A DNA stretch of 64,000 nt from positions 33,170,001-33,234,000 of the forward strand of contig OZ336892.1 in NCBI GenBank assembly GCA_965287045.1. Reading direction: 5' to 3'. Shown piece after piece: positions 40,321 through 52,427 of this stretch (position 1 is the stretch's first letter; each line of letters begins with the position of its first letter). The translations under genes were made by a program, and so were the position numbers. Below the pieces are notes generated by a model that did no database searches, was not told where the DNA came from, and saw only the letters and a list, made by a program, of their open reading frames with translations. Source of the DNA: Carcharhinus amblyrhynchos (Eukaryota).

Positions 40321-41750
40321 GGCCATCAAGTAAAGATGCATGCCAACCACTCTGGACCACCTTCCATTCTTTGCGATAAAACTGCTTCAAAAGGCTTTGC
40401 AGATAAAAATGATTTATTTTGAGGGATTAAAATGAACTAAGAGAGAGGAGGACTGCAAAGCTAGTTTAACCTGTTTAGAAGCTTCATTCTGATGCTCTCC
40501 AATACCACCTCTGGTGTTTCTTAAGCAGTGTGTGTAGGGGTGTCAACATGGTAGAAAGATTAGGAATAAATCAGCCATAATGATAGTACAGTGTTCCTAA
40601 AAAAAATTTCAATTCTGATATATTTTTAGGAGCCAGCGCTTTTTTGATTACTTCTATTTTTTCTTCGATAGGGCATAGACTTTGAGCATCAACTCTAAAC
40701 CCGAAGTACATTACTTCATGAGCTTGGAATGTGCATTTTTCTCTTTTATGCCTTACTTCAGCCTTCTTAAATGTTTTTAACATTTCTCTGAGATTTGAAA
40801 GGTGCTCTTCTTTTGATGCTCCTATAATCAGTACATCATTTAGGTAGACAACCACCTTCAGTAGCTTGTGTAGTAAGCTTTACACCAAGAATTGGAAAAT
40901 TTCACATTCTAATGAGACTCCAAAGGGCAGTTGGGTGTACTGATATAAGCCTTTGTGCATACTTAGAGTCACAAATTCTCTAGATATCTCATCTAATTCT
41001 AATTGTCAATGCACATGGCATATATCAAGTTTAGTATAAGTTAAGCCTCCTACTAATTTAGCATATAAATCTTCAATTCTTGGTGTTGAGTATTGGTTTC
41101 ATTTGGTCACTGTTAATTTGTAATACCCGCATGTTCTGATGGTTCTGTTGGGCTTGAGCACAGGCACAATGAAAGCTGCCACTCTGAGAATTGCACAGGC
41201 TTGATAATGCTTAATTCTTCCAATGGCTTGAGTTCAAACTTAACATTCTCAGGTAAGTCATAGGGTACTGGTTGGGGTCTGTAAAACTTAGGATTGGCCT
41301 CAAGGTCCACAGGGTTTTTAAGCCCTGTGTCTTGCCTGACTTGTCTTGGTATTGCTTTAAGACATCCAGAAAATCTCCTTCATTAATTTTGAGCCAATTT
41401 AATCTGATTTGGGCATTGTTGTTTTTGTTCCCAGGATCCTTAAAAGTTCCCCATTATACATGGCTAGCCTGACTGTCATGCTTTTTAAAGTTAGGATCCA
41501 ACCTGCAGATAATGATACATTTAGTCACTTACAACTGTTGTGGAGGCCCCCATGTCCACTTCCATTCTGAGTGACTGAACGCTTACTACCAACACAATTG
41601 TAATCGGGGCCTTCTTGCCCACCTTACTGTTGTTTAATTTGTATTCTGCAGATTCGTTTGCAGGCTCTTCTCAACATATTTTACTGGAGTCGCATTATTT
41701 GTTGGCCTCCGATGAGCTTTGCTTAGTTTTGCTCCTAATGCCTCCTCGTA
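40321..41750 (-). mobile_element. Gypsy protease-RT relic on the opposite strand
   Basis: MEVDMGAST protease; LEELSIIKPVQFSEW; VVYLNDVLIIG (YLDD box)..FFLGTLYY. Confidence 0.85.
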
Positions 41751-42139
41751 TTGTAGGGAAAGCACGCAGCGGGCCCTATTTTACCTTGTTGATCCTAAGT
41801 GCCTGGCGGAGTTGAAACTGGGAGTGTTTCAGATCCGACTTTTAGACCAGTTCTCAGGTGCCCCATACACACTCTGCCTGGAAAAATATCTGTTTCTGAA
41901 TTGTGCTGCACAAGCCTGTGGGCCCAATGCTCAAAACCTTGCAGCTCCAATTGGTGTCTCAACTGCTCATGTGCAAAAAAAAGATAGAATGCTGCCCTCC
42001 TGCCATATCTTTCTTGGGCCAAATAATGTCTCCCCTTGGTCCCCACAGACATTGCCCCACCCCCACAACATTATTGACAGCCTTATCCCCCCATCACTCC
42101 ACCACCAAGACCAATCGCAGGCCCCTCACCCCCTGCTTC

Positions 42140-44435
42140 CCCCTACAGGCAGAGTGGCAGTGGACCCCCCTTCCATCTCACCAATCTCAGGCAGAGTGGC
42201 AGTGGAATCCCTTCCACCCTACCGATCTCAGGCAGTGTGGTAGTGGCAATTCCCTTCCACACCACTGATCTCAGGCAGTGTGGTAGTGGCATTCCCTTCC
42301 ACACCACTGATCTCAGGCAGATGACAGTGGCATTCCCTTCCACACCACTGATCTCAGGCAGATGACAGTGGCATTCCCTTCCACACCACTGATCTCAGGC
42401 AGTGTGGTAGTGGCAATTCCCTTCCACACCACTGATCTCAGGCAGTGTGGTGGTGGCATTCCCTTCCACACCACTGATCTCAGACAGTGTGGTAGTGGCA
42501 ATTCCCTTCCACACCACTGATCTCAGGCAGTGTGGTGGTGGCATTCCCTTCCACACCACTGATCTCAGGCAGTGTGGTAGTGGCAATTCCCTTCCACACC
42601 ACTGATCTCAGGCAGTGTGGTAGTGGCATTCCCTTCCACACCACTGATCTCAGGCAGATGACAGTGGCAATTCCCTTCCACACCACTGATCTCAGGCAGA
42701 TGACAGTGGCATTCCCTTCCACACCACTGATCTCAGGCAGTGTGGTGGTGGCATTCCCTTCCACACCACTGATCTCAGGCAGTGTGGTGGTGGCATTCCC
42801 TTCCACACCACTGATCTCAGGCAGTGTGGTAGTGGCAATTCCCTTCCACACCACTGATCTCAGGCAGTGTGGTAGTGGCAATTCCCTTCCACACCACTGA
42901 TCTCAGGCAGTGTGGTGGTGGCATTCCCTTCCACACCACTGATCTCAGGCAGATGACAGTGGCAATTCCCTTCCACACCACCGATCTCAGGCAGTGTGGT
43001 AGTGGCATTCCCTTCCACACCACCGATCTCAGGCAGTGTGGTGGTGGCATTCCCTTCCACACCACTGATCTCAGGCAGTGTGGTAGTGGCAATTCCCTTC
43101 CACACCACTGATCTCAGGCAGTGTGGTGGTGGCATTCCCTTCCACACCACTGATCTCAGGCAGATGACAGTGGCATTCCCTTCCACACCACTGATCTCAG
43201 CCAGTGTGGTAGTGGCAATTCCCTTCCACACCACTGATCTCAGGCAGTGTGGTAGTGGCAATTCCCTTCCACACCACTGATCTCAGGCAGTGTGGTGGTG
43301 GCAATTCCCTTCCACACCACTGATCTCAGGCAGTGTGGTGGTGGCATTCCCTTCCACACCACTGATCTCAGGCAGATGACAGTGGCATTCCCTTCCACAC
43401 CACTGATCTCAGCCAGTGTGGTAGTGGCAATTCCCTTCCACACCACTGATCTCAGGCAGTGTGGTAGTGGCAATTCCCTTCCACACCACTGATCTCAGGC
43501 AGATGACAGTGGCAATTCCCTTCCACACCACTGACCTCAGACAGTGTGGTAGTGGCATTCCCTTCCACACCACTGATCTCAGGCAGTGTGGTAGTGGCAA
43601 TTCCCTTCCACACCACTGATCTCAGACAGTGTGGTAGTGGCAATTCCCTTCCACACCACTGATCTCAGACAGTGTGGTAGTGGCATTCCCTTCCACACCA
43701 CTGATCTCAGGCAGTGTGGTAGTGGCAATTCCCTTCCACACCACTGATCTCAGACAGTGTGGTAGTGGCAATTCCCTTCCACACCACTGATCTCAGGCAG
43801 TGTGGTAGTGGCAATTCCCTTCCACACCACTGATCTCAGGCAGATGACAGTGGCAATTCCCTTCCACACCACTGATCTCAGACAGTGTGGTAGTGGCATT
43901 CCCTTCCACACCACTGATCTCAGGCAGTGTGGTAGTGGCAATTCCCTTCCACACCACTGATCTCAGACAGTGTGGTAGTGGCAATTCCCTTCCACACCAC
44001 TGATCTCAGGCAGTGTGGTAGTGGCAATTCCCTTCCACACCACTGATCTCAGACAGTGTGGTAGTGGCAATTCCCTTCCACACCACTGATCTCAGACAGT
44101 GTGGTAGTGGCATTCCCTTCCACACCACTGATCTCAGACAGTGTGGTAGTGGCAATTCCCTTCCACACCACTGATCTCAGACAGTGTGGTAGTGGCAATT
44201 CCCTTCCACACCACTGATCTCAGACAGTGTGGTAGTGGCAATTCCCTTCCACACCACTGATCTCAGCCAGTGTGGTGGTGACATTCCCTTCCACACCACT
44301 GATCTCAGGCAGATGACAGTGGCATTCCCTTCCACACCACTGATCTCAGGCAGATGACAGTGGCAATTCCCTTCCACACCACTGATCTCAGACAGTGTGG
44401 CAGCAGCAGACCCCCTTTCACCCTCACTGATCTCA
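42140..44435. repeat. Minisatellite with 41-43-bp unit, roughly 50 copies
   Basis: Consensus ggcagtgtggtagtggcaattcccttccacaccactgatctca with recurrent variants; degenerate units at both edges. Confidence 0.97.
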
Positions 44436-44884
44436 AGCATTATAGCAGCAGCACCACCAACCCTCCAGCAACCCCCTCCCACCAACCAACCTCAGGCAGA
44501 GAGCTATCGGTTGCTAGGCACTTACCTACTCACTAACTAGAGTGCCCAAATCGGACCTATAAAGAGCATGTCTGTTTTGTGTTGATTCTGAATGGACCAA
44601 TGTGGTGGTAAAGGGGGAAGTGCCGGTAAAGTTGAACATGCAGCCCCTTAAGTCAATTTAAATTTAAATGCATGCAAATACATTTAAATGGTTATTGCGC
44701 CCATTTTGGGTGCAGTCCCAGTCCTGGACAATTTCAGGTGTTGGTAAAAGGGGAACTGGCGTGGAGGTTGGCACAGATTGCACTGCTTGCTTCATGCCCG
44801 ACTTCACCAAGTTTTCGCACCCGAAAACGGGTGCAACGCGATGGTCCAGCATCCCTGAATATACATCTCTCCTTGGAGGGTGAT

Positions 44885-45460
44885 ACAGTTTGAATTCAAT
44901 CCATAAAAATCCGGAACTAAAAGTCTAATGATGATCACTGTCATAAAAATCCACCTGGTTCATGTTGGTGTTCTACAGACTCCGGGCTCACAAGAATGTG
45001 GTTGGCTTTTAAATGTCCTCTGAAATGAGTTTGCTAGCCACTTGGTTGTATCAAGCTGCAAGTCTAAGAAATGGAAGCAGATGGATGCATTAATATAACA
45101 AAGGAAAATGACAATGACTTTGTCAGCCCTCTTGACCCTGCACAGTCCTCCTTAGAAAAATTGGGACAACTTTCCTATAGACTAGTCAAGCAATTGCCTG
45201 ACAATCACACCCACAAAATCATACCTTATAGACAATGTCCCAAACGCCACCAACACCATTTCTGCAGATGTCCTGACTCACCAGGCTCACCAAGACTTCT
45301 CAGTCAGCACTTTCTAAACCCATGATCTAGAAAGTGTAGAAGGAGACAGGCATCAGATGCAAGGAAACTGCACCACTTGCAAGTTTACTCCAAGCCACTC
45401 ACCATCCTGATTTGGAAATATATCACTGTTCCTTCACTGTCACTGGGTCTAAATCCTGAA
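44885..45460 (+). mobile_element. Internally deleted copy of the Deu-headed LINE
   Basis: Deu remnant, then KLGQLSYRLVKQLPD (endonuclease start), then an abrupt jump at about 45283 to the 3'-terminal region (ccatcctgatttggaaatatatc). Confidence 0.7.
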
Positions 45461-45957
45461 TAATATAAATACCATGAGGCCCTGAATCTTTTTGCATCAT
45501 TGAGTATTTGGACCATGTCAATCATTTGGTTCAAAGCTCCATCATTCTTTTGAACAATGGCTGGACTGTTGCCAACTTTATATTACCATGGCTTGCAAAC
45601 ACTTTCGGGAAATACATTTAAGTTCCCGAAATACTTGCAAAACATGCTTCAGGGTACCTGGTATCTTGAGATCAAAATGAATAAATCATATTGCATTCTT
45701 CTGCATAGATTATCTGTCTAGATTGTTACTTATCATAATTTCCTGTTGCCTAATGATAATTTTCATTGTGTTTATGAAAATTGCCTATTTCATATATTTA
45801 GATTTACAGCAGACATTCCTGCTCACCAACCCAGTGATGGTTTAGAGGGGACAAAGGGAATTCCAAGGTAGTTTTGTTGAGGAGGATATCTAGCAAATTG
45901 GGGTTTTTTTTAACCCATCTTGCAGAGTGGGACACGATTTGGATCAGATGAAGTTCT

Positions 45958-46255
45958 TTATTTTATGTTCATTTGTGGGGCATGGGCATCACTGGCTGGC
46001 CAGCATCTATTGCCCATCCTTAATTGCTCTTGAGAAGGCGGTGAGGGGGCTGCCTTCTTGAAATACTGATACAGCTGAGTGGATTGATAGATTATTTCAG
46101 AAGGCAGTTGGGAGTCAACCACATTGCTGTGGCTCTGGAGTCACATGTAGACCAGATCAGGCAGTATGTGCTGTGACAGGATTCGAGCCCGGGTCCCCAG
46201 AACATTACCTGATTTTCTGTATTAATAATCTAGTGCTAATATAACTAGACCATCC
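45958..46255 (-). mobile_element. Deu-domain SINE
   Basis: tRNA head, partial Deu core and LINE-type tail on the minus strand. Confidence 0.75.
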
Positions 46256-48134
46256 CCCCTCTTAAAATATATAAATATGAATGGCATCTTCAAATGACCA
46301 AACCATTCTCAGTGACATCACGGATTCTCCCCAAAAAATCTAAGTGTGGAATTTACATAAAAACTGGAGTAAATTCCACTATTTTTTCAGGAGGATTTTC
46401 TAAATGAATCTGCTACACGCTGCGCACCACAAAGTTCACTAGCGTGAATCACGTGAAAAATAAGGAGACAGGGCCTATTCCCACTGAGAGGCCAGCAGCA
46501 TAGCGTGAGTGGGTCATTGTGCATGTGGCCATCTGTCAGCACCGAGATTGGAGCATGCACAGTAGCCCTGCACTGCCAGCCACCTGATCACTGGCCTCCC
46601 AGATGTGTCCGGGCCAGCATCAATTCCTCCCCCATCAGCCCACTCATCTCTGCCCGGCAGTCCCTATCTACCCTCCCCACATGCAGCTGAAGTGACCCCT
46701 GGGTATTGCCACTTTGCCCCTTGGGGAGTGAATGGGGCCAGACTGGCACTGCCAAGCTGCAATGCCCAGAGGACACACCCCCCCCTTACCCCCAGCCCTC
46801 TGGGTGGCCTCCATGGCCCACCCTTCACTCCAGTGGGGTCGGGTCACCACAAGCAGGGAGCCATTGTAAACGCTGCTGGAGTGAAACACTCCTGGCACTG
46901 GGGGGATTCCCTGGTAGGCTGGGAGACTTCAGTTCCGGGCCCACTGATGATATCCAAATGCCTATTAGAATAAATTATTCAGCTCTGTGCTGATTTCTGG
47001 CACAGAGCTGATGGCACTGGAAAAGAGTCTCCATTTTCCTTGAACTTGGATATCACTGTGATGTTGGCCATCCCTCCTCCTCTCCCTCCTGTTGTGGGCA
47101 AGCCTGGACTGCCGACAGAAGGAAGGAATGTGAGGAGAAAGGATGGAGCAGAGGTTGTGAAATTTACAAGTGTCTGGTGTGTGCGGTGAGCCCACTCCAG
47201 AAACGGTTGACAATGAAGTTTGTGCAGCATGATTGGTGAGATAGTGGTGATATGAAAATATCATGAGACAATTTGTGTTGATATATGTCCCCTGCTAATG
47301 TTGTGAGATCCCTGAAGATTGTAGCCCTTTGAGTGCATGACAGTGTGATTTACAGAAGCTGAAGATTAACTTATCCTAGCGGAGTGGATATGATCCTGCA
47401 CTGGATAGCATTTTGGGGGCAATTGCCGACTGCACTGACCTGATATGCTATGGCCTCCCAAGTGAGAGAACTGAAGCTAGTGTGCTCCTGGAGCTATCCA
47501 TCAGGAAAAGCACATCCCAGTATTGGTGAACTCCTGGTATCAAAGCCTCGAGGGAGTCATGGCTAAATCTTGGAACAGTCTTCTTCTACTTCTGCAGCGT
47601 AGATATCTTTACAGGTCCCTTGAAAAACAGCTGGATTGGAGAGAGTGGAATGTGTGTGTGCCCAGGGGCATTTAGATATGGCATTTGGACCTTTGACCCA
47701 TTAGACAATGGTGGGGCGGACTGATCAGTTCCCAGGGGGTTAGGAGAGATAATCGACTGTACAGAATTAATTTGTTTCTGAGTGTGAAAATGGGAGCTAT
47801 TTTCCACCAGTCCAACCAACAGGAACCCAGCCATGGAACCCAGCCACTAAGATACTTAATTGCTAAAATGGAATGTTCTACCCATTGTTCCTGAGCTACT
47901 GCCAACTTCACACACCCATGGAATAATACACTTTACATTTAAGATTATGCAAGAAAAGCCCAGAACATCTAGTGGTATTTTCACATGAATATTTTTGGAA
48001 CATCAACAAATCAATGTTGCATTCTTCTGCATATATTATCTACCTATGTAGTTATTTTATCATAATTTCCTTATTTCCTGAAGACATTTTACATTGTACT
48101 TTTGAGAATTGCCCATTTCATATATTTAATTGAT

Positions 48135-48551
48135 TTGAGAATTGAGGGGAGATCTCATTGAGACGTATAAGATGTTGAATGGGATGGATAGGATAGAGGT
48201 GGAGAGGCTCTTCCCGCTCAGAAAGGACAGTAGGACTAGAGGGCACAGCCTCAGGATAAAGGGGGGGGGGCGGTTTAGAATGGAGTTGAGGAGGAACTTC
48301 TTCACTCAAAGGGTGGTGAATCTCTGGAATTCTCTGCCCGTTGAAGTGGTGGAGGCTGCCTCGCTCAATATTTTTAAGACGCGGGTTGATAGGTTTTTGA
48401 TAGGCAAGGGGATTAAGGGTTATGGGGAGAGGGCGGGAATGTGGAACTGAGCCACGACAGATCAGCCATGATCTTATTGAATGGCGGGGCAGGCTCGAGG
48501 GGCTAGGTGGCCTACTTCTGCTCCTATTTCTTATGTTCCTATGTTCTTATG
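48135..48551 (+). mobile_element. Young CR1 3' end
   Basis: RGDLIETYKM..FFTQRVVNLWNSLP; (TTCYTATG)n tail; very similar to 63411-64000. Confidence 0.92.
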
Positions 48552-48776
48552 TACTGCCGTTGCTGGAATCTGAAACAAAAACAGAAAATGCTGGAAAATC
48601 TCACATATCTGACAGAATCCATGGAGAGAGAATAGACCCAACATTTTGAGTCTAGATGACCCTTCATCAGAACTTTTTTTTGACTAAGGATAATCTATAC
48701 TCAAAACATTGGCTCTATTCTCTCACCATACAAGCTGTCAAACTGCTGAGATTTTCCAGCATTTTCTGTTTTTGTT
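48552..48776. mobile_element. Inverted pair of Penelope-like terminal repeat fragments
   Basis: aacaaaaacagaaaatgctggaaaatctca ... tgagattttccagcattttctgtttttgtt; the same motif occurs singly at about 11460, 60860 and 63270-63400. Family assignment is from recall. Confidence 0.6.
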
Positions 48777-49009
48777 GATGTAAGCAGGGGGCTGGCAGTT
48801 TGGATGGCAGGGCAGAAGGGGCAAGAGCATTTCTGAGGAAGAGGTAATTGGATTAGGTGCATTGATAGGGGCCAGCGGTCTTTAAGGGTGCAGAGGAGGT
48901 TAGGTCATTGAGGAAGGTTAAGGGGATCTTAATCAGCCGAATACCTTGGATGCGGTGTCACAGAGGTTGAAGAATTTCCAATTTGTTCTGTAAATTTACT
49001 CCAGACTTG

Positions 49010-49300
49010 TGCATAGTTTGCTGGAGGTGAGATTCAGTATTGCAGCAACAAAGATAGAGAAGAGAGTTTGTGCAATAATATAGCCTTGTTTGACTCCAGT
49101 CTTCACTGAGATAGGGTGTGTGGTACTTCAGTTGGTGAGGATCATGGTTTCCATGTCATGGTGCAGAAGACGGAGTATGGTGATAGATTTCTTTGGCCAG
49201 CCAAATTTGCGGAGAATACTCCAGAAGCTTTCACCTTTGACATAGTCAAAGGCAGGTCATGTATAGCAGTTGGTGCTGTCCCTTGCATTTTCCTGAGGAA
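49010..49300 (-). mobile_element. RTE LINE RT fragment
   Basis: WSILRKFG.PKKSITILRLLHHDM..ISVKTGVKQG..TLFSIF. Confidence 0.75.
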
Positions 49301-51039
49301 ATTAGATAAAGTGCTGCCCACCAAAACACGATACAGACTTTTTAACAAGACAGGCATTTAAAATGGCAATTTAACAAGCCTACAGACGACTATTCCATGT
49401 GCTGGCTTCAACTACTTTGCCAAATAAGATGGTAAACTGAGCACTTCAGCTTAATACTCCCATCTTGGTAACATCTTTACCTCCATTTGGCGAAAGTTCC
49501 CTCTGGCCCGCACCTCCCGACTGATGTTTAAAATGGAACTACGGATCTTTGCCTTACTGCTAGTTTGTTAAAGGTATGTTATTGCAGATAGCCAGCATTT
49601 CAGGACTGGTTTTGTTTTTATTACACTGTGGAAAAATAGCTCTGATGTGAACCAAATTCATATCCACCATTCCCACAACCCTCAAGTTGCTCCAGTGAGC
49701 CCATTCTACAGTAGGGTGACATTTCTGTCATTTGTTATATCATCCTGGGATTTCATGGACCAAGAGGGTAGAGTGGTGAAGAAGAAGTTTCCACTGATGT
49801 CATAATTCAAACAAGTTTTATTGTCACAATCAGAGACATCCCCCCCCCCCGCCACATTTACAATTCCTAATAGTACCCTTCTCCCGAGTTTAACTTTATG
49901 AAAATTGAATAAAATGCTTATGTTAACATCTAGTGAAGCCTGTTTGACAGGTGTTTGGGAGAACGTCAACGCCTCTATTAAACGTCACATACATATCACT
50001 ATAACATACATCACCCAACCTCTCAAAATACAGTGTGCCTTCCAAACTCTCTGTGGCTGGAAACCTGTCCACAATGTAAGTATGTCTGTAGCCTTGTTTG
50101 TTGTTCTAAGCTACTAATTCAATATGTGCTGTATAGTAACGAGTCTGAAGGTAATGGAACAGGGTCAGTTCCTGCTTTACATTCCCTATCTACGTGTAGC
50201 TAATTGTAAGTCATGTTAAAGGTGCAGGATTTGCAGAAATGATCTCAGACAGATCTAAGTTTAGATCCACACACTTTGTGCTGAGTGTTCTTAAATAGCT
50301 TTGTGCTTGGTGATGTGAATACGTCTGTTTCCTTTACACAAAAGAGGAAACAATATGGGCTTTTGACAGTAATGCTTCATACATGAGAATGAAATAATAA
50401 AGTAATATCACTGAATTATAAATAAAAATGCATTGATAGTACATATGATAATCAGATATTTAATTATTTGGAGACATGTGCTAAAGAGATCTTTAATCTG
50501 CAAAACAACAACAATAACTTGTATTTATGTGGTGCCTTTAATGTAATGTTCTTAACAGGAACAAGTGTTTAACCGGAACATTATCAAACAAAATCTGACA
50601 CATTGGTCACCCTATCACACATGAAGGTTTTAGGACAGGTGACGGAAAGGGATTTCACAGTAACTTCATTGCAGTGTTAATGTAAGCTTACTTGTGACAC
50701 TAATAATAAATAAACTTTGATAACTAATAAAACTTACTCAGAGTGAAGTCTTAGAAGTATGTTAAAGAGGGAGGAGAGCTCTCGAGGAAATTCGACGATT
50801 AGACAACTGAAGGCACATCTGCCAGTGCTGAAACAATTCAAATTGTGGAAATAAGAGCTTGCAATTGAGACAGTGCTGAGATCTCAGAGGGTGGTGAGAC
50901 TAGAGGAAGTTTCTGGGATGGGGAAGGAGGGAGAGTTAGTGCGGGGTAAAATGGAGGCTACGCTGGAACATAAGCCAATGTAGGTTAGCGAGCACAGGGG
51001 TGATAATGGTTGAATATTGGTGAAATATGAAATGAGTGT

Positions 51040-51215
51040 TCTAAAAATCCATCTGGGTCACTACTGAGAAGGAAATCTGTAATCCTTACCTGATCTTGCC
51101 TACCTGTGACTCACAATCCATAGAAATGTGGTTTAGTGTTAACTGCCCTCTGTAATGGTGCAGTAAGCCATTCAGTTCAAGGCAACAGATGGGCATTGAT
51201 GCTCACATCTCCTGA
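51040..51215 (+). mobile_element. Deu-domain SINE fragment
   Basis: gaaggaaatctgtaatccttacctg...aatgtggttt...actgccctctg. Confidence 0.65.
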
Positions 51216-52156
51216 AAGTATAATCGAAACAATGAAATATTAATGAAACATTATACAGAAAGACAACTCGAGAGCAAACATTTGATGAACAATTGTTTAA
51301 TGTTAATCTCCTTGCATCCAAATTGTTCGGTACCCTTGCTCATGCATCTTCCACCTTTTCAGCACCGGGAGAAAGTCAGCTGGAAAGCTGAAGAGCTCAA
51401 AGAAATTTGAGCACATTGTAGGGCTGTGAATGATTGGGACGTTGATCCATTGATAATGTCAGAATCACAGCAGCGGAGTGTCTTTGTTGCTGATGTTGGG
51501 AGCCAGAGGAAGGTTCCCTAATTGGCATTTAAATGGTGGATGCCATCACCACAGTGTTATAATAGTTAAAAAGCCACCAGCTGCTAGACTGTGGGAGAGG
51601 GTTACTAGGTCTTATCAGGAACCTTATTCTGTGGCACCCCTGATATTCCTCCACACAATGAACTCTAAATCCACCACTCAGTGCCCAGGTTGCTTATAGC
51701 TATTGTGCTACTCAACATGTTCACTGAGTAGGCAGGGATGTGGAAATTCCAACACTAGATCACAGTCCTTCCTGCATCAGTGGCTGCACACACTTCTGCC
51801 ACACTTTTGCTGGAGTATGGTGAGAGAGGAGGAGCAGAACCATGGTCTTTTGATCCTATACCTTTGTGCATGTATGATTTTTCTGCCACATGTATAAGAT
51901 TTCAAATTGCAGAGAGAACAATGCTGCGACAGAAGGAGAAGTCTTTGCTGGAGATGTTGTATCACTAGGAAAAAGTGGAACTAGTCGCATTGAATCATTC
52001 CAGTAACATAGTCAGGGATAGAGAGTAGGTATGGAGGATGCTGCTGATGTACGTTATTTACTGCGACAGTGGATTTTAAGTTCCTTTTTGTCTGAGTTTT
52101 TTAAAAGGTAACTGTGACCACGATCTATTAAATGACCTTTACTTCCCAGGAGATTG

Positions 52157-52229
52157 ATGAAAATGGAGCAAAGAATCTTCTTTCAGATTGGTTTCTTCCT
52201 CATACTTACAGTGGCAACAATTTCAGCAG
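52157..52229 (+). CDS. FReD gene B, signal peptide exon
   Basis: MKMEQRIFFQIGFFLILTVATISA + G|GTAAGA (phase 1); acceptor ttacttcccAG at 52148-52149 implies a non-coding upstream exon. Confidence 0.85.
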
Positions 52230-52352
52230 GTAAGAAATATTATTGCAAAAATCATCATTAAGACCACTCAGTCAGATCCCTAAATCTCCTACTGAGAATT
52301 ATTCTGTTCATATTAGCAGCATTATAGCTGCAGTCCCAGATCACAAAAGCAG

Positions 52353-52427
52353 ATACATCTGGTGAACTGGATGCTGAGAGGAACAACCTTCTCGCTTCCA
52401 ATGAAAAGGAAAGGTCTGTGAAAGAAG
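52353..52427 (+). CDS. FReD gene B, propeptide exon (open portion; 5' boundary uncertain)
   Basis: (D)TSGELDAERNNLLASNEKERSVKE + G|GTTAG, phase 1-1; resembles the gene A propeptide. The stronger acceptor at 52316 gives the same frame but includes a TAG. Confidence 0.6.

Noticed and set aside
42140-44435. CRISPR-like array, or repetitive protein ORFs (MPLPHCLRSVVWKG...)
   Set aside because: The variable parts are a few recurring variants rather than unique spacers, there are no cas genes and the context is eukaryotic. Units of 41 and 43 bp shift frame, so the ORFs are by-products.
45555-45620. NNGWTV...FG resembling a decayed FReD exon
   Set aside because: The match is too short, motif spacing is wrong, and the duplicate copy does not retain it.
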